Positions 47,701 to 61,393 of a stretch of 64,000 nucleotides of DNA are shown piece by piece. The notes beneath the pieces were generated by a model. The model was given only the letters and a program-made list of their open reading frames with translations, was not told where the DNA came from and ran no database searches. The stretch's first letter is position 1. Each line of letters begins with the position of its first letter. The translations under genes were made by a program, and so were the position numbers. The stretch covers positions 704,001 to 768,000 of the forward strand of contig CBDBCZ010000018.1 in NCBI GenBank assembly GCA_965203295.1. The letters run 5' to 3'. Source of the stretch: Nitrospirales bacterium (GTDB lineage Bacteria; Nitrospirota; Nitrospiria; Nitrospirales; UBA8639).

Positions 47701-49050
47701 AATGGTTTCCCCTCTGTCATTCTGAAACTCACAACCCAACTCATCGAAGTAGACGGTTTTTCCAGCTTCGGCTGCACTGGTCACGCTGACTAAATTGTAG
47801 GCCAACTCGGGAACGTACAGAACTTTCTTCAGTGCACATCCCCTTCTGGTTCCATCACTCAGGAGCATGTCCATGTCGACTGTTCCTTCTCCGGCGACAT
47901 CCAGTGAGCTCCCATCACCCAGAGTCACCTTCTCACTGGATCCCAGCTGACTCAGCTCAACGAACAAGTTGCGGTTGTTACACATGTGGCGTGTGGCTCC
48001 CGAGTCCACAATCCAGTCATTCCTTGACTTTGCCACGAGTGCATTGCTGATCACCATAGCATCCTGGGATGACTGGTGCTCCCTCTTGGACTGACGTGAC
48101 GGATTCTTGTGCTTTCCACTCTTCTCGCTTGCCTGCGCTTGGGCAAACTTCCAACAGTCCTTCTTGAAGTGACCTGGCTTCTTGCAGTAGTGACACGTAA
48201 GTGGCTTCTTTCCCTTTGCTACAAGAAGCTTCTTGCTATCGTCTGCTTCTTCCCTGTCTTTCAGTTTCTGCTCTTCCCTCAGCAAACGCTCAGTAACACT
48301 CTCCAGGGCAGGTACAGTGTCCGACCCACTCTCCAGAGCGGTCACCAGCACGTCGTAGCTTTCGGGTAGTCCTGCGAGGAGATACACGACCTTGTCTTCA
48401 TCCGAAATGGGCTCCGCGACAACTGCCAGTTCATCAAAAATTTCCGTCATCTTTCTGATGTACTCTCTCATCGACCCACTGTCACTCAACTTCATGGTGA
48501 ACAGCTTCTTTCGCAGACTCAGCTTGTTAGCCCAAGTCTTCCTCTGGAATTGTCCAGACAGCTTTCTCCAGACAGCTGCCGGATCCTCCGGATCTCCAAT
48601 GAGATAGAGCAGGGACGGGTCGATCGCCAATACTATTGTGGCTAGTGCCCGATCCCTCCGTGACATGTACTTGGCATACTTGTCAGCTTCGTCCCGCTCA
48701 TTCGGGGGTTCTTCGGTGCCAGCTACTATTCCCCATAGGCCTTCTCTAATAAGAGCCATCCTACACTGGACCTTCCAGCTCGGGTAGTTGGTACCTTTCA
48801 GCGGTACTACCAGCACTGTCTTCCCTTCTGCCATCGTTCAGACTGTCGTGTCTGGGCCCATAACCTGTTAAGAACTAGGCAACTAATAGCAGAACGCACA
48901 TTGTCTAAAACAAGTACAGCATGGCGAGAGATAGAGATCACGTGAGCAAAAATGAGTGATTACATAACCAATAATGTATATGCACATAATTGTGAAAGCA
49001 GTATATATATATACGTTTACACAAGAGTCATGAGTGGACCGAATTTAACA
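44763..49050 (-). mobile_element. Full-length Ty1/Copia LTR retrotransposon
   Basis: LTRs at 48866-49050 and 44763-44950 (TG...CA; one substitution and one 3-bp indel apart). 5-bp TSD AGTAT. PBS GGTTATGGGCCCAG of the copia half-tRNA-iMet type. PPT GAGGAGGAG. Confidence 0.98.
44974..48834 (-). CDS. Copia gag-pol polyprotein (1286 aa): Gag, CCHC knuckle, protease, integrase, RT, RNase H
   Basis: CHYCKKPGHFKKDC; WIVDSGA; WHRRFGH..CEAC; HSDVCG..TNNGGEF..AER; YVDD; DADWAG..AEY..EDN. Integrase precedes RT, as in Copia. Confidence 0.97.
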   Translation of the reverse strand: MAEGKTVLVVPLKGTNYPSWKVQCRMALIREGLWGIVAGTEEPPNERDEADKYAKYMSRRDRALATIVLAIDPSLLYLIGDPEDPAAVWRKLSGQFQRKTWANKLSLRKKLFTMKLSDSGSMREYIRKMTEIFDELAVVAEPISDEDKVVYLLAGLPESYDVLVTALESGSDTVPALESVTERLLREEQKLKDREEADDSKKLLVAKGKKPLTCHYCKKPGHFKKDCWKFAQAQASEKSGKHKNPSRQSKREHQSSQDAMVISNALVAKSRNDWIVDSGATRHMCNNRNLFVELSQLGSSEKVTLGDGSSLDVAGEGTVDMDMLLSDGTRRGCALKKVLYVPELAYNLVSVTSAAEAGKTVYFDELGCEFQNDRGETIALGVRQGSLYYLKFAMKSQNSASVAQSENKERLWHRRFGHLNEQSMQKLVKKQLVSQLDYDTSGKVGVCEACIGGKQCKSSFKPSKTVTSMPLELVHSDVCGKMGQKSIGGAEYFLTLLDDKTHYAWVYPLKTKDQAFERFKEWQAEVENFTGQRVKTLRTNNGGEFTSKSFQAHLKACGIRHELTIPKTPEQNGVAERLNRTLVETTRAMLLDAKLPQRFWAEAISTAAYLRNRSPTSAVEGTTPHQAWYGQKPRVEHLRVFGCVAYVHVPKDERRKLDSKTKKCVLLGYGSVQKGYRVYDHLTQKVFYSRNVKFDEREIESTPVEEEEPTQSPLILDTVDEPESDREEGDKEDGGTNADSPAAAEPPPRRSTRERGPVDYYGFPQVHLTIHSEPTTFGEATGCPEKAKWKEAMGKEMKSLKDNKVWELTTLPPGKKAIGCKWVYKVKTNSDGSIERYKARLVARGFDQRFGLDYDETFCPVVRLESLRTLIALSTQRGLELHHVDVHTAFLNGTLQEDVYMKQPTGYEKQGEEHLVCKLRKSFYGLKQSSRCWNTALDTHLKRMGFTQLKSDPCIYVSGGEDTFYIGVYVDDMILAGNDEAKMTSVKEELSSRFDIKDLGMLSYFLGMSIVQNQEKKETWIGQPTYAEKLLTKMGMSECKPVKTPADPANRLVKAAEDDQAVDQQLYQSLVGSLMYLATCTRPDIAYAVGMLARFSSKPNQTHWVAAKRVLRYLKGTTNFRLIYSDDSDVLGYSDADWAGDMDDRKSTSGYMFQIAGGPVSWRSKKQDTVALSTAEAEYVALSSAAQECVWMRRLVSELGKPPGEPTTVLEDNQSSIAMARNPQFHGRAKHIDIKHHFVREQVSVGMIELKYCPIREMVADVLTKGLPQQQFSLLREMAGIVPQKT

Positions 49051-49255
49051 AGTATGGGCTTTCATTGGGCAGTAAAGTGGCCTTTACATGAAAGGGCGGG
49101 TCCTTATAGTTAGTGAAATGGTAACATTCAGCATTTGTGCAGCTTCCAGCCAAGCCATTCATTGGAAATAAAACCAACAATCATTCATCATACAGATTGG
49201 TGAGGCTCAAGAAACGATTGCCAGATCACTAACAACAATCTATTGCTACTAGTGA

Positions 49256-49530
49256 TCACAGTCTACTGGGGTCCAGTTTGACTGCCAGAGCATACTGCTT
49301 GCACTCTATCAGAGCTCCAGCCAACACCTTCCTAGCTCTCAGTGGCCGTCTCCTGCGCACCCACTCCACCAACAGAACAAATAAAACATCCTCCGCTGGT
49401 ATCTCCAGTATCCTGGCTTCAATCTCCGTCACTGAGAATCCCAGACTGATGCCCAGGGTGGACACGTCTTGGAGAGAGAGATCGGCCAGCTCCTGTGCCA
49501 GCTCTGTTACTTCAGTAACGCTGAGCAAGT
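49256..49530 (-). CDS. Death-domain terminal exon, copy B
   Basis: Same acceptor, length (275 nt) and stop as 22699-22973, with 4 amino-acid differences. Confidence 0.72.
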
Positions 49531-50028
49531 CTGTATAGAAACAACAGCACGAAGTGGATTACTGAATACAACCACTAAAGACATGATAGTTCCCAGACTG
49601 TGTTGTTAGAGTTTCGGATGAAGGAACACAGTCACTGTGAAGCTAGGTCCACGTTGGTGTGTTGGTGTGTGAGGGGGTTCATCAACCACATTAGCAATGA
49701 GCAAATAAATGCATCACTAATGTGTTCCCACATTCTTGTTCAACAGTGCGAACCAATTCAGATAATCCGTTTTCCGCATTCTTGAAGCACTCCCTCTGTC
49801 ACTATAAAAACAGACTATCCACATTGGATTGTATTACTTATCAATTAAAGAACACGGAAACACATTATGATACAACATTGTAAGTGTTCAGCATTATGAT
49901 GAACTACGTCCTGACACGCACACTTTAACTTGGCTGTATGTTCACGCATTCACACTGAAACAACCACTGGTCAATGTAACCAATAACTGATCACTGAATA
50001 CAACCACTAAAGACACCTCCCTGATCTC

Positions 50029-54011
<3,983 letters not shown>

Positions 54012-54457
54012 CTCTCCCAGACATCCATCACACTGCCACACTAAACATGTCTCTTGGGTAGAACATCAGACTGGTTATGTAACTAGACAATTTAAACAAT
54101 ATAAGTTAAGGGGCGGGGTTTCGGGACGGCAGGGGGCTTCAGAACACAACATTTCACTGCCCTAGCATTCGATCCTTTTAGGAACTGAATACGCACACCC
54201 CCTACACTGGTACGTACTTTCCAATGCTGTGCTGTTGTGTACAGAGCTACTGCCAGAGGTATAAAGGGCTAGTGACAATATCTCTGGTGACAGCTCATAC
54301 TAGCATCCACGACATTATCGCTATAGGCCCTAAGGGTGAAGCTTAGATGATATATTTTTACGAGTCTTTATATTTCGCGGTGCCATTCTTTTCAGCTGAT
54401 TCAAAGCTTGTGATATTAAGGCCATTTAGTTACTCGAAGAAAGCTTTTAGTGAGCTC

Positions 54458-54873
54458 TAGTCTCGCGGGCCAGACTAACTTTTCGCCGTGGGAAAAGTAT
54501 AGTCTGGTCGTCCGCTTATCACGTTTTTGTGCATGGTATTTACAACTATTTGTACGTCACTTAGTTTGAATGCTAATTGGTGACGTCACAGGCAAACACG
54601 AACCAGTCTTACACGGGTTGCTCTCGTTCTTTTCAAAGCCTGGTAGAGGCTAGTTTCAGACAACCAGCCCGAATCGCTCAGTCAACAGCGAAATCAGCAG
54701 CTAGCTAGCGCGCTTCCGAAAACGGAATTTCATTGTACGTGACGTCACGCGTTTAATTGCAAAAGAACAATGCGCCAGCATTCCGGCGCACTTGCACCAA
54801 AATGGAATAAGCGGATGGCCAGACTTACTTTTCCCACGGAGGTGGCGAAAAGTTAGTCCGGCCGGCGAGACTA
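54458..54873. mobile_element. Academ(H)-like MITE: TAG...CTA TIRs with a 9-bp TSD
   Basis: agtgagctc|TAGTCTCGCGGGCCAGACTAACTTTTCGCC ... GGCGAAAAGTTAGTCCGGCCGGCGAGACTA|agtgagctc. Confidence 0.85.
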
Positions 54874-56144
54874 AGTGAGCTCAACTAGAAATCATATTTA
54901 CGTCATCTATTGTGCGTGCGCACGTGTAAGTCAGCCATGCAGCTTTAAAATGTCAGCGTCGGCTGCTTGGGTTAGTGTACTCGTAAAAAGAGGCCTTGAG
55001 ATCGTAAAGAAATCTAAGATAATTTGTAGTTTGCAACCGGGAGGTTCGCCCTGATTGTGGGGCTGGTAACGAGACTAGAGGCTTCCTTTGGAGAACTGCT
55101 GGCAAACGCATTAATAAGTCTGCCTACCGACCCTGGTTTAAAGGTCTCCTGGCCCAAGCACCTAGCTAAATTGGTATTGCCCTAAAGACTGGGTCACAGT
55201 ACCAAACCCTCCCATTCACAAGCTTCATGCTTATCTGGCGGAGTCTTCGCTCGCCAGGAACTCACTTCAGTAGCTGCAGCTCTCTCTCGGCTCTCGGGCG
55301 CTAGGGTAGCTACTCGATCTGGACTCTGACGGTCAGTAGACGCTCACCCTTGCGGCCGCCGCGCCGAGAGAGTAATACTTGATTGACCTAGCTCACGTGC
55401 AGACGAAATTAATATCGCGTACCGGTAGTAGGAGGGGTCTAGCTAAATGAGCCACGCCTACAAACGACAGCAAACACGTGTTTTTATCTTTTTGTGGAAA
55501 GAAGTAGCTACATTGAAACTCAGCGAAGTCACAGTCTAGTGATCGATACACTTTACACCATGGATAACACTCATAACAGTGCTCTATTATGTTTGTTTAC
55601 ACTGTGCATCAGGTGTTACTAATAATTGGTTTATTAATAGCTTAGACTATTGTAGGCCAAACCAACATTACCGTATGGCCATTATTGAAGGGATCCTGGC
55701 ACACCAGCTAAATTAGTGAACTAAAGCCAAAAACAAAAAATGTTTTTATCTGGTGCACAATCAGATGGATTTACATGCAGCTGACTAAAATTAAAACTTC
55801 AAGGGCGGGAATGAACTACATACATGTACATGTACTTTTTGGTATGGTTACAATTCACTAGTACTGAAAGTGATAATTATTGGTACCTATACAACCTTTC
55901 TGCTTTAGTTGGCTAAAACTATTACGGTATGTTATTTATATTGCCATACTAAAACAAGACTATTAGCTCTACTATCAATGTGTGAACAGATTTGGTACAT
56001 TGCACAGCTTAGGCTATACTCCACACAATCCTCTATAGTCCGTAGGAAATAAGGAGCATGTGCATGAGCGCTCATACGCTCCCGAATTAATATTAACTCT
56101 GCATGCTTGATGACAGCTGGGTCTGCACTACTGGTACCACTGGC

Positions 56145-56460
56145 AACTGCCTCTCAAAGAGCACATTTCGAAACAACACTGCTGAATCGGGGGGTGCTCT
56201 TTTTGCTCATCACAATAGCTCTCTCACCTTTTCGAAGAACACATTTCAGAACAACTCTGCAGGTAATGCCGGTGGTGCTCTTTATGCATATATGAACATC
56301 GCATTCACCCTCTCAGAGAACACATTTCAGGACAACTTTGCTAGTTATTCTGGAGGTGCTCTCGCTGCAATGATAAATAACTACATCAACCTCTCAGAAA
56401 ACACTTTCCAGAACAATTCTGCTGGAGGTGCTCTTTATGCAAATATAAGCAACATTAAAT
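56145..56460 (+). pseudogene. Fragment of a pmp-like/parallel beta-helix repeat protein (FxxNxA..GGA repeats)
   Basis: FRNNTAESGGAL, FQNNSAGNAGGAL, FQDNFASYSGGAL, FQNNSAGGAL. No other exons seen nearby. Confidence 0.7.
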
Positions 56461-56467
56461 TACTTAC

Positions 56468-56662
56468 TTGTGGTAGAGACTGTATAAAAACATCCATTTT
56501 GTGGCATTAACAACATCTTCGTCTGAAATGTCAGCAGCAGTGACTCCATAGCAAATGTTATGAGCTATACTTGTATTCAAGACCACAGGTTTCTGAGACA
56601 CGATACCAATTTGACATCGAAGCCAGCGGATATTAACGTCTCTTAACTCTTTACCAACCAAT
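56468..56662 (-). pseudogene. Degenerate ABCB/MDR-like nucleotide-binding-domain exon fragment
   Basis: GKELRDVNIRWLRCQIGIVSQKPVVLNTSIAHNICYG..ISDEDVVNA, then a frameshifted FIQSLPQ|GTAAGT. Matches the ABCB Q-loop region. Confidence 0.75.
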
Positions 56663-57719
56663 ATATGCATCATGAGCTCCCATAAGCCCATATGAATTTA
56701 TATGGGGGTTTTAATATTAGGCGTTATAACTTAGTACAGGCTTTTCTGCTTCTTTAAAGTTGTTTATTATGGTTGGTAATGGTGAAATTACTTGAGTCAA
56801 GTTGCAAAGAGCTAGTGGATGGGTTGTAGAATCAATACATGTAATCACTAGACAAGTGAGTATGTTGTATTTAATGATTGAATATGCCCTCAGTGGTTCC
56901 CCTTTACTAAATCTCACTTCAGTGTTATTAACCCTTTCACCGGTATAGGCCACTTTACTGCCCAAAGAAACAAAGCAAAAGCCCATACCTTATATTAACA
57001 CCTAAACTAAGATCCCCTTTATAAAATCATATGGCCCTTATGGAAGCAGGTCTCTACCGGTGAAAGGATTAAACTAAATGTGCACTTCCATGGGCGTCAG
57101 CAGTTTCTCAGCAGAAAGTTTCCTTCGGCAGGTAATCACAAAGTGAAGCAAAACATTTCATGTGGTCTCCGGCCCATAACGGTAAGTAGCTATTTTAGCT
57201 GTATAGAGACCTTCAGGATGCACCTATAATCCACTTTTAATTGGGCTTCAAGTTCAACGACTATAGCTGACATCACTCAGGTCTCTAAAACAGCCTGATT
57301 ACCAACAGTCTAACTGCCTTAGACTATGGTTTCTAACTTTAATTTCTCTATATGAAATACATAAGAATATTTGATATACATAGCCTCTCGTTCCCAGGCC
57401 GGTGTATAGCTTTTTGGTTACACGGAGAGTTTAAGAGGGCTCGGTATCTTAAGTCATGTAATCCGCTTCAATTACAGCTTTACATTTACGGGATAAGTGT
57501 ATGGCACAAATGGGCTGTGAAGAATGGCTGCAAGGATTGTAGACTCGCTACCTTCATTCGTTGTCTCAGAATTGCAACTGTACTCGCGCACACTCATAAT
57601 TACCATTCTACTGTACATGTACGTAAGGAATTTTTATTTATTTGTGTGCATTTTACGTACTTGTATCAATAAAAGGTTTGTCGAGCGCTGTGTCGAGTGT
57701 GATATTTGAGGGAGAATGG

Positions 57720-58620
57720 GTTATACAATTGGCATTTGGTTGACAAAATTGTACAAGTGATAGTAAGTACAGCCCCATTTTCCAAACCCAACGTATCATA
57801 TGAAAGAAAGTACACTGTCTCCAGAGAACTATAGTTCTGGAAAACTGATTTAATCCAGACACTGATTAATTGTGTACATAACACACAGCAAATAGAATTG
57901 TGATTGTCTGATTGATCATGATGGTGACAGAGTTTAATTTCCAAATCGTGAGCTAAAAGGATATAATGTCTGACAACACAGTTAGCTGTTAACTGAAACA
58001 AACAAATCAAACGAGCTACAAAATTATCACAGTGCAATATGCCATTTAACGGATTACCATCCTACATCTTTCCAACCACATACACTACTACTAATGAGTG
58101 AGTATGTGTTAGCAGTGGTTGGAGGTCAGCACATTCACCATGTAGATGTGCTTGTAGGAGTGATATGTTACTATAGTAAAACAGTGTACAGTGGAACCCC
58201 TCTTTAAGGACACCACTGAAATAAGGACACATCTGCATCAAGGACACTTTGCTATGTCCTAAAAATTATGCTTTCTTTATCCAGAATACCTCTCTATACA
58301 GGGCACACCCCCCCCAAAAAAGGAGACAACCGTTTGAAAAATGCATACAATTGGCATTTGGTTGCCAAAATTGTACAAGTGATAGCATTGTACCACTTGA
58401 AGACCTAATTACCAATTTCAGAGCCCTATACTGTCACCATCATTATCAATCAGACAATCACAATTCTATGTGCTGTGTGTTATGTAGCTACACAATTGAT
58501 CAGTGTCTGGACTGAATCAGTTCTCCAGAACTATAGTTCTCTGGAGAGAGTGTACTTTCTTTCATATGATACGTTGCTGTTAACTGAAACAAACAAATCA
58601 AACAAGCTACATAATTATCC
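57720..58620. repeat. Local duplication with an internally inverted segment
   Basis: Direct matches: ~57722-57764 with ~58345-58385, and ~57985-58030 with ~58576-58620. Inverted match: ~57792-57930 with ~58430-58574. Confidence 0.75.
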
Positions 58621-60994
58621 CAGCGCAATACGTCCACATACGTCCACAATAGACCTACTGTAGTGTCTCTTCCATAGAGCATAGAAAGCTGAAGAAGTAT
58701 AATATTATAGGTGTACTAAATGGCTCAGTGCATGGGCAATTCTGTGTTCCAAGCTATACATGTATATAGCTACATGTTTCCAACTAGGCACATGCACACC
58801 CATATTATACGTATGGGTGTGCATATGCCTAGTCAAGCTACACATGTATATACATGTTTCCAACTAGGCACATGCACACCTATATCATGGAGTACGGTAG
58901 TACTCCATATGTAGGGATGGGCCTTGAAAAAAATGGCTTCCCCATTAAATGTGTACAAAATGACATGTTCAGAACTCAGCTGTAGGTGTAGTCTAGGGGC
59001 TAATATGAGCCCTATCAGTCACTTGAGTGATATTATCACTAACCAGTCTATCAGCACTGCTAAAGAAGACCGGTGATGTACCAGGCAACAGGCAAGTGGT
59101 TAAAACTGCATTATAGTCTATATTCTCCGTCTCCGTCGAATTCTTTCAGCCAGGCTAGCACAATAATGGGCAAAGTGATTAGAATTATTCCAACATGAAC
59201 GGGCATGATTAACCCTCGGGTAGTGCCTTTTGGGCATAGCATTTTCAAAGAACTCGATTTCGTCTGGCAGTGATAACGAGCACTCTCGAATGGACGCTTG
59301 CCACTCACACGCCATTTTCTATAGGATGATACACATGCGCAAATTACCTGCCAGTGCATGTTCAGTGGTCTATTTAAAGCCTATACCTTGCATTGTGCTG
59401 TTCAGTCCTTTTCTCGTGCGAAAGTGCCTGAAGTTTGTGTGTTTGTTGATCTTCTTGGAATTTCAAGGTACTTTGTATGCAGTAGCTATGCCTAGTTCAA
59501 CGACTCAGCCTATCAGCATGTTCAGAGAGCCTGTACACTTCCCATTGATGACAAATGGCAGATGTGTAGTTGCCAATGAAATCAGCAGCTCTGAATATGA
59601 AGGCAGTAATGGCCAGAAATGGCACTGTAGTAGTTCAAAGCAGTCACTGAAACAGAAGACTGTCAGAAGTAGCTGCCATAGTTTGAGGACGCTTCTCACC
59701 CAATTCACCCAACACAACTCGGCACTTTATACTGATGACCTCAACGACACCCAGTATAATTCTACCCGTATCAACACGTTCACATACTTCCATACATCTG
59801 CAACACTATACATCACAACACAAACACAAAACAATCCAAACTCAGAAACCTACCGGCCAACCCCACTCATAATAACATTAACACTCCATAACACTCCTGA
59901 CACTTTCGTACCATCTCCCCAAAAAAACGCCCTAAAACAAGTTGCAGAATAAGCACTTTCCAAAAAGTGCAAAAACCAGTCATGTAGCGATGCACTACCA
60001 GCAAAAAACACTTCTCCAAAAACCAATGGGACAAGCGACAATACACACCGAAAGGCGTGCACAGACTATACCCACACATCACAGTGCGAGGCATTTACCG
60101 CGTACCTACCATCCCCACATCTTTCCAACCACACCGATTCCCATCACAAACCATACCACACACCCATACACAACACCCTTCAATACACACCACCATCCAC
60201 AATCATCACCGTCCTCAACCGTGATACCACAACAACCACCCTCACATCCACATCCACAATGATTACATACTTCACAAAACACCACGCCCCACGCCACCAA
60301 ATCTCCACAGCAACACTACTCCCATCAAACCCACTCTGCTCCATAAATCCCACTCACAAGCATAAACCAACCAGAATAATTTCCACAACACCAACACTCC
60401 CAATGAATATCAACGCAACAAACCTTCACACCAACACGAACTGTGGCAGCTACTGTGTATGGTACAAAGTATTTTAGCGTTGTTAGAGAATCTGGTATCC
60501 CGTATCCTATGCAGTTTCCCGAAAGCCGTGTTCCAAAGATTTACAGTAGTGACTACAAAGTCTATGGGAGTTACGTAGCTACCCTCCCTCTCCACTTTGA
60601 GCAAAAGTGTAGCAAAAGTGGGTGCCTGATGTATTAATTTTTGTCTTTCAAGTTGAATAAAATAAATGAATTTCGTAGGGGACCGAAAACATTTAAAGCG
60701 ACCAGAATGAGCACGACAGATTCTATAAACAATAGGGCTTGTAGTGTCTAATAAACAAAACATCACCTCGACCGGCAGATTTGCCTCTCCAGTTGAGACA
60801 TCATCACGTTGTTCTTGCAAACCTAAATGTAACTGCGCCTAGTCGAGTGACAAACTGCAGACTGTTGTTCTTGCATCCAACCATTTGGCATTTTTTGAAC
60901 TGTATTGTCTCCTTTTTTTCTTCTTTGCAACCTCCAATAAAGGAGAGTACATGTGTAACGACTGGGCGCGCGCTCTGCACACGAGGAAGCCCCT

Positions 60995-61393
60995 GTTTTG
61001 CCCGCGTAATTTCACTTTTGGCCGCTGGCTAGTCTTGCTAACCAGCCCACTTCCTTTCTGATCGCTTACGGATCTGCAGTGGGCGCCTCGCGGGATGAGA
61101 AAGCCTCAGTTTTGCCCGCATGTTTTCTGTTTTGGCCGCTGGCTAGTCTTGTTAACCAGCCCACTTCCTTTCTGATCGCTTTCTGATCTGCAGTGGGCGC
61201 CTCGCGGGACCAGAAAACCCCAGTTTCGCCCGCGTATTTTCAGTTTTGGCCACTGGCTAGTCTTGCGAACCAGCCCACTTCCTTTCTGATCGTTTACGGA
61301 TCTGCAGCAGTGGGCGCCTCGCGGGATGAGTCAAGTTTGCCCGCATATTTTCAGTTTTGGCCGCGGGCTAGTCTTGCGAACCAGCCCACTTCC
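60995..61393. repeat. ~114-bp tandem repeat, ~3.5 copies
   Basis: Unit ..gcccgcgta..ttttggccgctggctagtcttgc..aaccagcccacttcctttctgatcg..gatctgcagtgggcgcctcgcggga.., starting at ~60995, 61109, 61223 and 61334. Confidence 0.9.

Noticed and set aside
45132..48607. Many short ORFs overlapping the Copia polyprotein
   Set aside because: Antisense or alternative-frame shadows of the long ORF.
59230..59952. 240-aa ORF as a real gene
   Set aside because: Non-ATG start, patchwork composition and a low-complexity C/A-rich tail. At most a transposon remnant.
60995..61393. Possible CRISPR array (also considered for 20430-20625 and 51543-51733)
   Set aside because: Head-to-tail tandem units without unique spacers, no cas genes, and a eukaryotic context.
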